Assembly (NCBI GenBank): GCA_000092065.1
Contig: CP000590.1
DNA length: 64,000 nucleotides
Reading direction: 5' to 3' (one strand)
Source of the DNA: Ostreococcus lucimarinus
Taxonomy: Eukaryota
The notes beneath the pieces are model-generated. The model had not been told where the DNA came from. It worked only from the letters and a program-made list of their open reading frames with translations, and did no database searches. Positions within the stretch are counted from its first letter, which is position 1. Each line of letters begins with the position of its first letter. Below, piece after piece: positions 42,102-53,726 of this stretch. The position numbers and the translations under genes are program-made.

Positions 42102-42248
42102 AGGTCCTACCTGGATTCGAACCAGAGTCGCTGGATTACTGCGTGCGCAATCCGAGGGCGAGAGCGCGCCGTTCGACCGGCGCTCGCGTATGGACACTTT
42201 GCGTGTGAATTCAAAGTCCAGAGTGATAACCAACTACACTATAAGACC
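42102..42248 (-). tRNA. tRNA-Gln (anticodon UUG) with a 74-nt intron at the canonical 37/38 position
   Basis: The reverse complement reads GGTCTTATAGTGTAGTTGGTTATCACTCTGGACTTTGAA-[74 nt]-TCCAGCGACTCTGGTTCGAATCCAGGTAGGACCT. The acceptor stem GGTCTTA/TAGGACC pairs, the T-loop is GGTTCGAATCC, and exon sequence is near-identical to eukaryotic tRNA-Gln-TTG. Confidence 0.85.
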
Positions 42249-42375
42249 GTGACGGAAACTGATGGGCTTCACGTCGCCTTAACTACTCCACATGCCAAAC
42301 GATGTCGCCGTCGCCCCCGTAAAGTTGGCGGCGCCAAAGTTATGGGTTTTCCGCGCGCCGCGCGGGCGGCCGCGC

Positions 42376-42696
42376 TCACAGCGCGAGGTCCGCGAGCGCC
42401 TCCGCGACGGCGCCGTCGCTCGAGACCTCGCACGACGCGCGCTGGATCTCGGACAGGAGAATCATGTTGATCGTGCGCTGCGGCGCGGTGGCCTCGGAAC
42501 CGTCGTCCGCGATCGCGGCGTCGAGCGAGGCGTACTCGCGCGCGTCGGAGACGACGATGTTCCTCTGCTTGTCGACGCACCGAAGGGTGCCGACGAAGCA
42601 GCGCCCGTCGCGCGTGGTGGTGCGTATCGTCGCTCCGATGTAGTTTTCACGAAACGAGGACGAAGACGGGGACGAGGACGCCGGTGGAATCATCAC
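42376..42696 (-). CDS. NAA38: Sm-like protein, NAA38/LSMD1-like
   Basis: The Sm fold block IGATIRTTTRDGRCFVGTLRCVDKQRNIVVSDAREY resembles NAA38. Confidence 0.55.
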   Translation of the reverse strand: MMIPPASSSPSSSSFRENYIGATIRTTTRDGRCFVGTLRCVDKQRNIVVSDAREYASLDAAIADDGSEATAPQRTINMILLSEIQRASCEVSSDGAVAEALADLAL

Positions 42697-42777
42697 CGAG
42701 CGTCAAAGTGAGGCGAACGCGGCGGTCGATTTACACGCGAGCTAATAATTTTCCAAAGGGCGCCGACGCCGCGCGCG

Positions 42778-43989
42778 TCACCGCACGTCGCGGTAACACC
42801 AGTCGTACAGTTTACGCAATTTCTCCGGACCGACGCCAAAGTTCCAGCTGCACGCGATCAAGACGTGTATGCACGTCGCCTTGAAGTTGCCGAGTTGCTC
42901 TATACGTCGGCCCGAGGTGGTGACGACGCGGTCCAAGAGCTTCACTCGTCCGCGGTACCGCCCGCGACCTTTGACGTGCATGCGCACGCATAAATCCGCG
43001 TCTTCCATGATGGACAGCGAACCGTCGAAGCCGCCGACGGCGTTAAAATCGTCGAGGCGACAAAACATGGCTTGGTCGCCGAACAGGATGCGAAAGCCTC
43101 GAAGGTAGCCAAAAGGGCGACTAATCACAGCGCAATACGTCGTCTTGACGACGTTGTGATACGACATCGCCCAAAACGTGCGCGACTTGGTCTCTATGAG
43201 CGACACGAACCCGCCCACGACGGTCTTTTGATCGCGAAGCTGTCGACGAATGACGTCCACGACGTCCGCCGGCGGCGTCGTATCCGCGTGCAAAAACAAT
43301 ACGTAATCCCCAGTCGCGATTCGCGCGCCCGCGTTCATCTGATTCCCTCGTCCCTTTGCTCCCGAAACCACGATCGCGCCGTGCGCGGCGGCGATCGCCG
43401 CCGTGTCATCCACCGAGTCGCCGACGCTGACTATAACCTCCGCCGCCTCGGGCTCGAGCGCGCGTCGCAGTTGCTTCAACAACCGCCCGATCGCCTTGCT
43501 TTCGTTCCGAGCCGGGACCACGATCGAGACGCGTTTTTGCTCCCACGCGTCGTCATCGGGCGCGTCGTGCGCCGGTCGATCGTTCCACGCGATGACCTCG
43601 TGCGTCGTCCAGTTGAGCGCCACCGCCCCCGCGAACAACCTCATCCACGCGTTAAACTTCCTCGACGCCCCGTCGTGGTCGGGATCGTCGTCGTCGTCGC
43701 GCCAACGCCGCGCGCCGTCGTCGTCGTTCCCACCGAACCCACCGAGCCCGCCGCCGTCGAGCGCGGCGGCGGCGACGCGCGAAGCCTCGCGACGGCGCGA
43801 GGCCCGAGGCGCGGCGCGCGCGCTCGCGCGTCGTCCACCGCGCCGCCGCGCCGCCGCGTCCAACCGCGCGCGCGACGTCGACGTCGACGTCGATGTAGAC
43901 GTCGACGCGAAAGCCGCGGACATCGCGACGCGCGTCGCGCGACCGAATGTGCGGCGGACGCGCTTCGCGTCGAGTCGTCCCGTCGTCAC
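42778..43989 (-). CDS. Glycosyltransferase family 2 membrane protein
   Basis: The GT-A motif IVVPARNESKAIGRLL...VIVSVGDSVDDT...YVLFLHADT, with an N-terminal transmembrane segment. Confidence 0.75.
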   Translation of the reverse strand: MTTGRLDAKRVRRTFGRATRVAMSAAFASTSTSTSTSTSRARLDAAARRRGGRRASARAAPRASRRREASRVAAAALDGGGLGGFGGNDDDGARRWRDDDDDPDHDGASRKFNAWMRLFAGAVALNWTTHEVIAWNDRPAHDAPDDDAWEQKRVSIVVPARNESKAIGRLLKQLRRALEPEAAEVIVSVGDSVDDTAAIAAAHGAIVVSGAKGRGNQMNAGARIATGDYVLFLHADTTPPADVVDVIRRQLRDQKTVVGGFVSLIETKSRTFWAMSYHNVVKTTYCAVISRPFGYLRGFRILFGDQAMFCRLDDFNAVGGFDGSLSIMEDADLCVRMHVKGRGRYRGRVKLLDRVVTTSGRRIEQLGNFKATCIHVLIACSWNFGVGPEKLRKLYDWCYRDVR

Positions 43990-44889
43990 GCCGACGTCGC
44001 CTCGACACCGCGCGCGCGCGCCTCGTCATCGTCGTCCTCGACGCGCGCGCGCGCGTCCTCGTCCGCGCGCGCGTCAACCGCGCGCCGCCGCTCTCTCGAC
44101 CCGCCGTCCCGTCGCTCGACGTACTCGCAATACTCTGCGTAAAAGGCGTCCTCGCGCGGCGCGCGCGTCGTCGTCGCCTCTCGCGCCTCGCCCCAATCCC
44201 GCTCGACGCCCGGCATCCCTCGACGATCCCACACCTTTCGCCCGCGTTCCAGCGCCCGCGTGTGCTCGCGCACGCGCTCCAGCGCCGCCATCTGCGCGGC
44301 GTCGTCGCGATCGCACTTCGCCTCGAACGCGCGCAGCGCGTCTCGCAGCGCGTCGCGCCCGTCGTCGACCCGCGCTTCGCCGTACACCGCCGCGCCGCGA
44401 CTCGCGCCCGTGTCCGCGCGCGCGCGCACGTTTCGTCGCGCGACGCCCGCGCGCGTCGCGCCCTTCGCGTCGTCGTCGTCGCGCGTCGCCATCTCGCGTC
44501 GTCGTCGCGCGTCTCGGCGAGCGTTTTTTTTTCCGTTTTCACCGTCGCGACGACGTCGCGTCCGACGCGTCGCGACGCGCGGTCGCGACGACGACGGACG
44601 TCGACGACGACGCGACGACGACGACGCGAGGGGCGACGCCTCGACGCGCGCGCGTCGATTCGCGAAAGAGCGAACGCGCGTTCGCACCGCGCGCGACGGC
44701 GACCGCGCGCGACGCCTCGAGGCGCGACCGCGCGGTCGCCCTCGCGACGCGCGCGCGCGACTTACGGGTTTTTCGCGCCGTCGCGCGTCGCGCGTCGCGC
44801 GTCATTCGTCACTCGTCGGCGCGCGTCGACGCGCGTCGGGCTTCGTCGACGCCCGTCGCGTCGATCGATCGTACATTGAAGCGCGCGGC

Positions 44890-47505
44890 ATGCTCGCGCG
44901 CGTCGCGGTGCGCGCGCCCGCGCGCGACGCGCGACGCGACGCGACGAGGACGAGGACGAGGACGACGAAGCGTTCGAAGATGACGATGACGACGACGACG
45001 ACGACGACGACGCGCGCGATGGCGCGCGCGATGACGACGACGACGACGCGCGCGACGCGCGGGACGGTCGTCGTCGTCGGTGGGCGCGCGCGCGCGCGCG
45101 AGGGACGCGAGGGCGCGCGCTCGGGACGGACGCGAAGGGAGGCGCGAGGGCGCGAGGACGAGGACGAGACGGGCGAGGACGAGGCGCGAGGCGCGAGCGC
45201 GGAGGGATCGAGCGAAACGACGACGGGAGGCTCGGAAACGTCGACGTCCGAGACGGCGGCGACGGCGACGGGACGCGAGGGGGGGAAAGCGTCGTGGATA
45301 AGGGCGAAGGCGAAGGCGTTCGCGGACGGTTTACCCTTCGCGGCGAATAAAAAGAAGTGGGACGCGCTCTTCGCCGACGCCGACGCGAGTCCGCTGGACG
45401 CGGCGAAGCAGGACGTGTTGATGCGAGAGCTGTTGGCGTACGATAGGAACGATGATTTGATGAAGCGGTTCGAGACGAGACGGTACGCGAGCGGGCCGGT
45501 GTCGGTGCTCGCGTACGTCACGGCGCTCGTGCGGACGAATAGATTGGAACACTTCGTCGCGGGCGGCGATGCGGGATTCGGGAAGCCGTTGCCGAGCTTC
45601 GACGAGTCCACGGCGTATCGCAAGCTTCCGGATTTGTTGGGCGATCTCTCCGAACGCTCGAAAGGCGCGGACGCGCTCGTGCCTTTGGAGACGGGGAAGA
45701 GCGCGCAGGCGCCGTTGCACGTCGCCTTTGTCGGTGGTGTCGGTGGATTGGCGCCGCCGCAAAGCGCGGGGCGGCGATTGTTGAATGCGTTTTTAGGTTT
45801 CATGCTCTTCATCGCGAGTTTAAGCTTCTTGAGCACGCTGGCGTTGCGTCACATCGCGGTTCGCGTCATCGAGAGCGGGCCGAGTCACAGTTCGAGTCAC
45901 TCGTTGCCGGCGCCGCGAGACGAATCGGGCTCGTCTGCGTCTTCGAGCTTGGGGCCGGGTTCGAACGGTGGTGGACCGAACTTTGACCCGAAGCAGTTCA
46001 ACAAAGACACGATGCCGGAGAAGAGTTTGAAGACGTTCGACGACGTCAAAGGGTGCGACGAGGCCAAGGACGAGCTCGCGGAAATCGTCGAGTATTTGAG
46101 AAATCCGGAAAAGTTTACGCGACTCGGTGGCAAGTTGCCGAAGGGCGTCTTACTCACGGGTCCACCGGGAACGGGTAAGACCTTGCTCGCGCGCGCGGTC
46201 GCGGGCGAGGCGGACGTGCCATTCTTTTATCGAAGCGGGAGCGAGTTCGAAGAAATGTTCGTGGGCGTGGGGTCCAAGCGCGTTCGCCAGCTCTTCGCCG
46301 CGGCGAAGAAGAAGACGCCGTGCATCGTCTTCATCGACGAAATCGATTCCATCGGTACGTCGCGCAAGTCCATCGAGAACCAGCACCGAAAGACGCTGAA
46401 CCAGTTGTTGACGGAGATGGATGGGTTCGAGCAAAACGACGGCATCATCGTCCTGGCGGCGACGAACATCCCGGAGTCGCTCGACCCCGCGCTCACGCGT
46501 CCGGGGCGATTCGATCGCATGGTGCACGTGCCTAATCCCGATATCGGTGGCCGCCGCGAGATCCTCGAGCATTACTTGGACGACAAGCCGACGACGAGCG
46601 ACGTGGACGTCGACAAAATCGCGCGCGGCACCGCCGGATTTAGCGGCGCCGAGTTGTTCAACCTGGTGAACATGGCGGCGGTGCAAGCGGCGATGGCAGA
46701 CGCGCCGGCGATCACCGCCGCGGATCTTGATTGGGCGCGCGATCGCGTGTTGATGGGTGCCGAGCGCAAATCCGCGGTATTGAGCGAAGAAAACCGAAAG
46801 TTGACGGCGTACCACGAAGCCGGACACGCGCTCGTGGCGTTGAAATCCGACGCGGCGCTTCCGATTCATAAAGCCACCATCATGCCTCGAGGGTCGGCGC
46901 TGGGGATGGTGATGCAACTTCCCGACAAGGACGAGACAAGCGTGAATCGCAAGCAACTCATGGCGCGTTTGGACGTGTGCATGGGCGGTCGCTTGGCCGA
47001 GGAGCTCATCTTTGGCTCGGACGAAGTCACCACGGGGGCGAGCGGGGATCTGCAGCAAGCCACACGTTTGGCGTTTTACATGATTAGCGACGTCGGCATG
47101 AACACCAACTTAGGTCCGGTGCATCTTTCGAGCATTCGCGGTGGAAACGCCGGACGCGGTGCTTCTGGGTCCACGGAGTCCGCCGTCGACGGCGAAGTCA
47201 TCAAGCTCTTGAAGGATTCGCAAACGCGCGTGCAAAAGCTGTTAAAATCCAACCTGAGCGATTTGCACACCATCGCCAAGGCGTTGATGGAGAAGGAAAC
47301 GCTCACGGGGAACGAAATCCGCGCGCTCATCGGGATGCCTCCGGCGAAAGAACCGGTGGCCGTCGTATCGCGCGCCAAGCCCAAGGCGCCGAAGCCCAAG
47401 GCGCCCGAGGCCAAGGCGGAAAAACCGAGCGAAGACGCGGCGGAGGAGGACGAAACGACGATCATCGTCATTCAGCTCAAGGACGAGGACGATTCGCCCA
47501 AGTAG
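44890..47505 (+). CDS. YME1: ATP-dependent zinc metalloprotease FtsH, i-AAA (YME1/FTSH4-like)
   Basis: The AAA block [46 protein letters not shown], the zinc-binding HEAGHALVA motif and a single transmembrane segment. The ORF's 5' extension from 44260 is probably non-coding. Confidence 0.9.
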   Translation: MLARVAVRAPARDARRDATRTRTRTTKRSKMTMTTTTTTTTRAMARAMTTTTTRATRGTVVVVGGRARAREGREGARSGRTRREARGREDEDETGEDEARGASAEGSSETTTGGSETSTSETAATATGREGGKASWIRAKAKAFADGLPFAANKKKWDALFADADASPLDAAKQDVLMRELLAYDRNDDLMKRFETRRYASGPVSVLAYVTALVRTNRLEHFVAGGDAGFGKPLPSFDESTAYRKLPDLLGDLSERSKGADALVPLETGKSAQAPLHVAFVGGVGGLAPPQSAGRRLLNAFLGFMLFIASLSFLSTLALRHIAVRVIESGPSHSSSHSLPAPRDESGSSASSSLGPGSNGGGPNFDPKQFNKDTMPEKSLKTFDDVKGCDEAKDELAEIVEYLRNPEKFTRLGGKLPKGVLLTGPPGTGKTLLARAVAGEADVPFFYRSGSEFEEMFVGVGSKRVRQLFAAAKKKTPCIVFIDEIDSIGTSRKSIENQHRKTLNQLLTEMDGFEQNDGIIVLAATNIPESLDPALTRPGRFDRMVHVPNPDIGGRREILEHYLDDKPTTSDVDVDKIARGTAGFSGAELFNLVNMAAVQAAMADAPAITAADLDWARDRVLMGAERKSAVLSEENRKLTAYHEAGHALVALKSDAALPIHKATIMPRGSALGMVMQLPDKDETSVNRKQLMARLDVCMGGRLAEELIFGSDEVTTGASGDLQQATRLAFYMISDVGMNTNLGPVHLSSIRGGNAGRGASGSTESAVDGEVIKLLKDSQTRVQKLLKSNLSDLHTIAKALMEKETLTGNEIRALIGMPPAKEPVAVVSRAKPKAPKPKAPEAKAEKPSEDAAEEDETTIIVIQLKDEDDSPK

Positions 47506-47610
47506 TTTACGCCCGAGGACGAGGAGCGACGAGGAGCGACGATGTACGACGGACACACTATGACTAGCTATCTTTCACATTACGAATACAGTACCAACAC
47601 GACGTTTCCT

Positions 47611-48612
47611 TCACGACGACCGCAGCCTGGCCAACTCGCACGCGATGTCCGCGCCGATTTTAGCGTTGTTCATCACCAACGCGATGTTCGCCTTCAAACT
47701 CGCCCCGCCCGTGAGCTCGGCGACGCGTTTCAGGACGTACGGCGTGACGTCGCGGCCCGCGACGCCTCGTTCTTCGGTTTCGCGCAACGCGCGCGCCGTC
47801 GCGCTCTCGATGCTCGCCCCCAGCGCCTCGTGCTCGAGCGGTATCGGCACCGCGAAAACGCTTCCGCTGTTTAGATTCAGCCGCAGTCCCGCGTCGATGA
47901 CCTTCGCCGCCTCCAGAGGCGTGTCCACGCGCGCCGGCGCCTCGCATCCGCTCGATCTCGTGAAAAAAGCTGGAAATTCGTCGACGCCGTACGCGCACAC
48001 CGTCACCCCGTTCGTCTCCAGCACCTCCAGCGTCCTCGGAATGTCCAGAATCGACTTCGCCCCCGCGCACACCACCGCCACCGGCGTTCTTCCGAGCTCC
48101 ATCAGATCCGCGCTCACGTCCATCGTGTCCTGCCCCCCCACGTGCACGCCACCGATCCCTCCCGTGACGAACACGTCCACGCCCGCCGCGCGCGCCAGCA
48201 CCATCGTCCCGCTCACCGTCGTCGCCGCCGTCTTTCCCGTCCCGCACGCCGCGCTCAGGTCTCGTCTCGACGCCTTCGCGCACGCCGTCCCCATGCGCGC
48301 CACGCGCTCGAGTTCACCGTCCGTCGCGCCGACGACGCAGACGCCGTCCACGATCGCCACCGTCGCCGGCGTCGCGCCTCGCGCGCGCACCGCGCGCTCG
48401 ACCGCGCGCGCCGTTTCGAGATTTTCTGGATGCGGCATCCCGTGCGCGACGATGGTGCTCTCGAGCGCGACGACGGCGCCGCCGCGCGCCAGCGTCGCGC
48501 GCACCTCGTCCGAGACGCGCACGGCGACGTCGGCGCGCGCCGTCGGCGCGACGTGCGTCGAGAGACGCGCGATGCGTCGCCGCGGGGCGTCGGCATCGCC
48601 GACGCGCGGCAT
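47611..48612 (-). CDS. psuG: Pseudouridine-5'-phosphate glycosidase
   Basis: The Indigoidine-synthase-A-like blocks are VVALESTIVAHGMPHPENLETA...DGELERVA. Confidence 0.85.
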   Translation of the reverse strand: MPRVGDADAPRRRIARLSTHVAPTARADVAVRVSDEVRATLARGGAVVALESTIVAHGMPHPENLETARAVERAVRARGATPATVAIVDGVCVVGATDGELERVARMGTACAKASRRDLSAACGTGKTAATTVSGTMVLARAAGVDVFVTGGIGGVHVGGQDTMDVSADLMELGRTPVAVVCAGAKSILDIPRTLEVLETNGVTVCAYGVDEFPAFFTRSSGCEAPARVDTPLEAAKVIDAGLRLNLNSGSVFAVPIPLEHEALGASIESATARALRETEERGVAGRDVTPYVLKRVAELTGGASLKANIALVMNNAKIGADIACELARLRSS

Positions 48613-48679
48613 CGCGACGCGAAGTGTCGCCGCACTCCGACCCGCAGCGCGCGCCGATCGCGCGACGCGACGCGACGCG

Positions 48680-49762
48680 ATGCCCGCGGTGACGCTGTAC
48701 GCGCGCCAGCGCTCGATCGGGGACGCGCCGACGCACGACGGCGTGGAGAGCGCGCACGTCGCGGCGCTGCTGCTGACGTCGAGCGTCGAACATCGCGTCG
48801 AGCGGTGCGCGACGGCGGCGAGCTCGCCCTCGGGCGCGCTGCCGTGCGTGGAGATCGATGGTGACGTCGACGGGGACGCCTCGGGGGCGGGACCGGCGCC
48901 GCGGAGCGCGCGAGAGGCGGCGCACAGATGCGCGACGGCGACGCGGACGCGGACGCGAGACTGCGACGGCGACGCGAGCGCGGATGAACGCGCGATGATC
49001 GCGGGATTGCACGCGCTGGCGCGAGAAAATTTGAGACTGGCGAGCGAATACTTTGCGTACGTCGACGCGGTGGGATACGAGGCGCGAAAGGAGGAATTGG
49101 CGAAGACGCTGCCGTGGCCGCTGAGCGCGTGGACGGCGCGAAGCGCGGCGAAGGAGGCGAAGCGAGAGCTCGATAGGGCGGGCGTGGACGGCGAACGGGC
49201 GTGCGCGATGGCGGTGGAGGCGTATGGGGCGTTGAATAATCGATTGGTGAACTCGAACGCGAGGCACGGAGATGGGTATTGGTTGTGCGGGGCGAAACCG
49301 AGGAGCTGCGACGCGGCGGCGTACGCGCAGTTGAGTTATCACGCGCGGTCGCCCTCGTGCGGGCCGCTGCGAGCGGAGATGAAGCGGTATCCGCGGTTGA
49401 TACAGTACGTGAACGATGTCACGGAACGATTGGTGGAGATGGAGAAGACGCTGGTGCAGAACGCGGACGACGTCGAGCCCTCGCGAGGAACGGCGCCGAC
49501 GGTGGATCCGAGCGCGTGGGGCGACAGGTACGACTCGAATCACGCCGAGCGTCGAACGGGATGGAAACCGCGCACGACCAAGGCGAAGAAAATGAGCGAG
49601 AAAGATAAGGATATGCGCAGGAAGGCGTGGTACTCGGTCGGTTTCGCCGCGGCGTCGGTGATTTCGTACATGTTTCTCGGCGGCTTCATTCAACTCGATT
49701 TCGACGACGAAGACGACGAAGACGAAGATCACGCGGCGGACGACGTCGACGACGACGAATGA
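48680..49762 (+). CDS. MTX: Metaxin-like mitochondrial outer membrane import protein (GST-C fold)
   Basis: An N-terminal metaxin-like block and a GST_C-like region, with a hydrophobic C-terminal anchor followed by an acidic tail. Confidence 0.65.
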   Translation: MPAVTLYARQRSIGDAPTHDGVESAHVAALLLTSSVEHRVERCATAASSPSGALPCVEIDGDVDGDASGAGPAPRSAREAAHRCATATRTRTRDCDGDASADERAMIAGLHALARENLRLASEYFAYVDAVGYEARKEELAKTLPWPLSAWTARSAAKEAKRELDRAGVDGERACAMAVEAYGALNNRLVNSNARHGDGYWLCGAKPRSCDAAAYAQLSYHARSPSCGPLRAEMKRYPRLIQYVNDVTERLVEMEKTLVQNADDVEPSRGTAPTVDPSAWGDRYDSNHAERRTGWKPRTTKAKKMSEKDKDMRRKAWYSVGFAAASVISYMFLGGFIQLDFDDEDDEDEDHAADDVDDDE

Positions 49763-49816
49763 GTGCGTTCGCTACAAACTAAAAGATATATGCAATACAA
49801 AACGCTAATCGTGCCT

Positions 49817-50746
49817 TCAACGATGCATACAGCAGCCAAAGAGGGCGCCGGAGAGGCGCTCAAAAAACGTCGCCGGCGGTTTTTTCGCGTTCGCCAGACG
49901 CGCCGCCTTTTTCCGATACACCGCGGTGTTCTTGTAGTCCATCCTCTGGCGCACCTTGCGCTGATCGTCCTCGTGCGAGAACGATATCGCCCTTTGGAAT
50001 TCCTTGGCGAGAGCATCCACCGACGACGACGCGTTTTCCTTCTTCGCCGCCGCCGCCGCCTCGGCGGCTTCGCGTCGCAGTCTATCCTTCTTATCCTTCT
50101 TCGCCTTGAGTGCGGCCTCGTAATCTTTCCGCGCCTTGTCGTATTTCTCCACAACTTTCTGCGGCACCACGGCGGAGCCGATGTGATGGGCGCCTTGTCG
50201 CTTCTTCGTAGCTTCGTCGTCCAAGTCCTCGTCGTCCCAAATCTTTGGGGTTTCCCCTCCCAACGCGTTTAATAAACCGTTCACGCCCACGTTCACGGAG
50301 CTCCCATCTTGCGTGCTTCGCTCGTCCGCGAAATCCGGATCCACGCTCTCCGTGCTCGCGAGCATCGACCCTCCGCGCGGCCCTCGACTCGAGTGCCTCG
50401 AGCTCGCGCGCGACCCCCGTCGACTCGACCGCGCGCTCGAGCTCGAGTACCCAGCCTCGCTCCTCGCCTGATCGATCTTCTCCCGCAATTTCTCCAGCTC
50501 CGCCCGCGTGATCTCGATCGCCTCGTTCTCGGCTTCGTATTCGCTGTGTCGCGACGCCGACCGTCCCGCGTACACCGCGCCGAGCGCGTCGCGTCGGTTC
50601 AATCGCTTCGTCGACCGTCCCCGTCGACCGTCGTCGCTCGCGTCGCCCTCGTCCTCGCTCAACCACGCGTGCGCGTCGCCCGAGTCATCGTTCGCGCGCG
50701 CGCGCGCGTCGAACGACGCGAGACGTCCCGCCGCGGCGCGCGACAT
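49817..50746 (-). CDS. Hypothetical Ser/Arg/Lys-rich protein
   Basis: ORF only. The C-terminus ends in CCMHR (a possible lipidation site). No family recognised. Confidence 0.35.
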   Translation of the reverse strand: MSRAAAGRLASFDARARANDDSGDAHAWLSEDEGDASDDGRRGRSTKRLNRRDALGAVYAGRSASRHSEYEAENEAIEITRAELEKLREKIDQARSEAGYSSSSARSSRRGSRASSRHSSRGPRGGSMLASTESVDPDFADERSTQDGSSVNVGVNGLLNALGGETPKIWDDEDLDDEATKKRQGAHHIGSAVVPQKVVEKYDKARKDYEAALKAKKDKKDRLRREAAEAAAAAKKENASSSVDALAKEFQRAISFSHEDDQRKVRQRMDYKNTAVYRKKAARLANAKKPPATFFERLSGALFGCCMHR

Positions 50747-51078
50747 TCCGGAGGGTGTTACGAGTGCGAACGCGCGCGCGTCGCGCGCGCGTCGCGCGCG
50801 CGTCGCGAGCGCGTCGCGCGTCGAGCGTCGCGGTCGGCGCGCGTTCGAGCGTCGGGACGAACCGGCGCGGCGTCGCGGCGCGCGGCGTCGTGACGCGCGG
50901 GCGGGCGGTCGTGAATGTCGAGGGGCGCGCGTCGACGCGCGCGCGCTCGAGTCCCCTCGCTCGAGTCCTGAACCGTCGATGGAGCGTTTTTTGAGCGTTT
51001 TTCGTCGGGAACGACGACGACGCGGGACCGAGGCGCGACAGAGCGACGCGCGACGCGACGCGCGAGGCGTCGAACGAC

Positions 51079-51489
51079 ATGGCGAAGATCACCGAAGTCG
51101 ACGACGGGCGCGATGGGGACGCGACGCTGGGAAAGGCGCGCACGAGGCACGAAGAGATGAAGGAATTGCAAGCGCTGGCGGATGAAATCACCGAGGACGC
51201 GCGCGATGGTTCGGGGGACGACGAGGACGAGGACGACGACGGCGAGAGCGAGAGCGAGGAGGAAATCGTGAACGGGGAGTTCGTCACCGGACCGACGGTG
51301 TGGGAAGCCGCGGCGGACGAAGAAATTCCGGAAAACCATTGGGAGTATCACATGCGCAAGAATATGAACGACGGGCGCGGCGACTCGGTGGCTCGAAACT
51401 TGGCGTACGTACCTGTGTGTAACTGCATGCCGGTGTGCGCGGGGGAGGAGTGCAGAAATCCTTATTTCATGTGGACGAAGAAGAAGTGA
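51079..51489 (+). CDS. Hypothetical acidic protein with C-terminal Cys cluster
   Basis: ORF only. The C-terminal motif is CNCMPVCAGEEC. Confidence 0.3.
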   Translation: MAKITEVDDGRDGDATLGKARTRHEEMKELQALADEITEDARDGSGDDEDEDDDGESESEEEIVNGEFVTGPTVWEAAADEEIPENHWEYHMRKNMNDGRGDSVARNLAYVPVCNCMPVCAGEECRNPYFMWTKKK

Positions 51490-51548
51490 ACGACGTTATT
51501 GCTGTATGAAATGAAATAAATACATTTACAACACTCGAGCGCTCGACG

Positions 51549-53187
51549 CTAAAAATTCGTCGGCGTCGCCTCGACGGGGTCGCCGCGATCGTTTCTTCGC
51601 ATGATCTCGCGCGCCAGACGCACTTGTCGACCGAGCACGAGAACAGACACGCGCCCTTCGCCCAACGCGCCGCGCGCGGTGCGCCCGACTCGTCGAACGT
51701 ACTCGCTCGGGTCGCGCGGGAAATCAAACAAGATGACGTGCTTGACTCGCGAAGCGTCCAAACCTCGAGACGCGCGGTCCGTGCACACGAGAATGTGCGG
51801 CATCTTCGACGGCGACGTGATGAACTCTTTCAGGTTTCTCTGCTGCTGCTCGCGCGACAGCGCGGCGTGGTACGGTAGTATCTTGTACTTGTCGCCGTCG
51901 CGATCGGCGCGCGTGAGCATGTTTTCGAGCTTTCTGCACGTCTCGATTTTGTTGCAAAACAGCAACGCCCGGTCGGCTTTGTCGACCTCGAGCAAATCGA
52001 GCAAGGCTTTGAACTTGCGATAAAATCCCGATTGGTCATCGAAGACGTCACCACCGCTACAATCGATGAGACGCTCGAGCATACCAGCCGAAGGACGATG
52101 AAGACCCGGGCCTTGCACGACGCGAATATCGCGCTCGAAAAACTTTTTCAGTTGCTTCAACACTTCGTCCGGGATCGTGGCGGTGACGAGCACGAACTGC
52201 GTGTCTGATTTCACCGCGTTTCGAATCGGCGCGACTTGTTCGGCGAACTCAAAGCTTTCACCGAGCAAGACGTCGCACTCGTCCAAAACCACCGCGTCGA
52301 CGTCGTCCGTGAACATTTTGCCTTCCTCGATGAGCCTCGCCACGCGCCCGGGAGTGCCGACGACGATGTCTACGCCGTCTACGAGAGCTTCAATTTGCGT
52401 TCGCGACTTACTGACGTTGTTTGCCAGGAGCGAGCGCGAGCGAAGGCCGCCGAAAGAGAGTTGCTTTACGACGTCTCGCACTTGCGTCGCGAGCTCGCTC
52501 GTCGGCGTCAAAACCAAAAGCCGCGGCTTTTTCGATTTGCTTCGCCCTTGCTCGACTTCGATCTTTTGCACGCGCTGCAGCAGCGGCAACAAGTACGCCA
52601 ACGTCTTTCCACTTCCCGCTTGATCGGCCAACAAAACGTGGCCGTCGTAGCGCGGCGCGGACGCGCCCGCGACGTCGCCGCTGAGCACGCGGTACGATTG
52701 CGCTTGAATGTGCGACGGACGATCTATTTTGAAACTCTCCTTCAACGCCGCGCGCACCTCGTCGCTCGCGCCGAGCTGGTTGAACCGCGCGCCGGAAAAG
52801 AACGAGTACTCGTCCAAATCATCCGGCTCGCGCGTGTACACCATGGGTTCGAAGTCGTCCTCGACGTACTTGCTCAAGAGTTCGGGGAGGTACTGTTTTC
52901 TCTCCTCGCCCCATCGACGTCCGTCCTCGAGTTCGTCCTCCAGCCCTCGCAACAACCAATCGTCATCGTCGTCATCGAACGCGCGATCGTCTTCGTCCAT
53001 CACGTCGTCACCTCCCTCGTACTCGCTCCTCGCGTCGTAATACCGATCCCGCCGCTCGTACGCGTCGTCGCCATCGCCTCGAAACCCTCGCGCGCCGCCC
53101 TCGCGTCCGCGCGCGCCGTCGTCACCGACCGCTCCGCGTCCAAATCGTCCCCGCCCGCGTTCGCCGTCCCGCTCGGCGCCGTCGAAC

Positions 53188-53230
<43 letters not shown>

Positions 53231-53726
53231 CCTCGCGCGCGCCGCCGCGACCGCCGCGACCCCGCCGTCCTCCCTCGCGCGCGCGTCCACCGCCGTCCGC
53301 CTCGAACCTCGACCCGAACCGCGCGTCGTCTCTTTCTCTCCGCGCGAATCCGTCGTCTCTTTCTCTCCGCGCTCGCCGCGCGTCGTCGCCGTCGTCGCCG
53401 TCGTCGCCGCGCCTCGCGTCCGCGTCGCCCGGCCGCGAGCCGTCGCCGCGCTCGATGATTCGAAACCCGCCTCGCCGCTCGGCGTCGCGCTCGCGCGCGT
53501 CGCGCTGGTGCGCGCGCTCGTCGGCGTCGTCGCGCCGATGCGTCCCTCGCGCGCGAGACGCGCGCGCGTCGTCGTCGTCGCGAAACGCGGCGGCGGCGGC
53601 GCGACGGGGCGCGCGCGCGCGCGCGAGGGACGCGCGCGAGACGCGCGAGGACGCGCGACGCGCGAGGGCGACGACGCCGACGCGCGTCGCGCGCGCGCGC
53701 GAGGGCGCGGTCGCGGCGGAGGTCAT
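51549..53726 (-). CDS. DEAD-box ATP-dependent RNA helicase with N-terminal RG/GRG-rich region
   Basis: Q-motif, GSGKT, DECD, SAT and HRVGRTAR-like (RRVGRTAR) motifs are present. The N-terminus is RG-rich and includes a (DE)n stretch. Confidence 0.9.

Noticed and set aside
41957-42233. N-terminal extension MVITLDFEF... of the nocturnin-like ORF
   Set aside because: It reads straight through the tRNA-Gln gene. The real coding sequence starts at the downstream Met.
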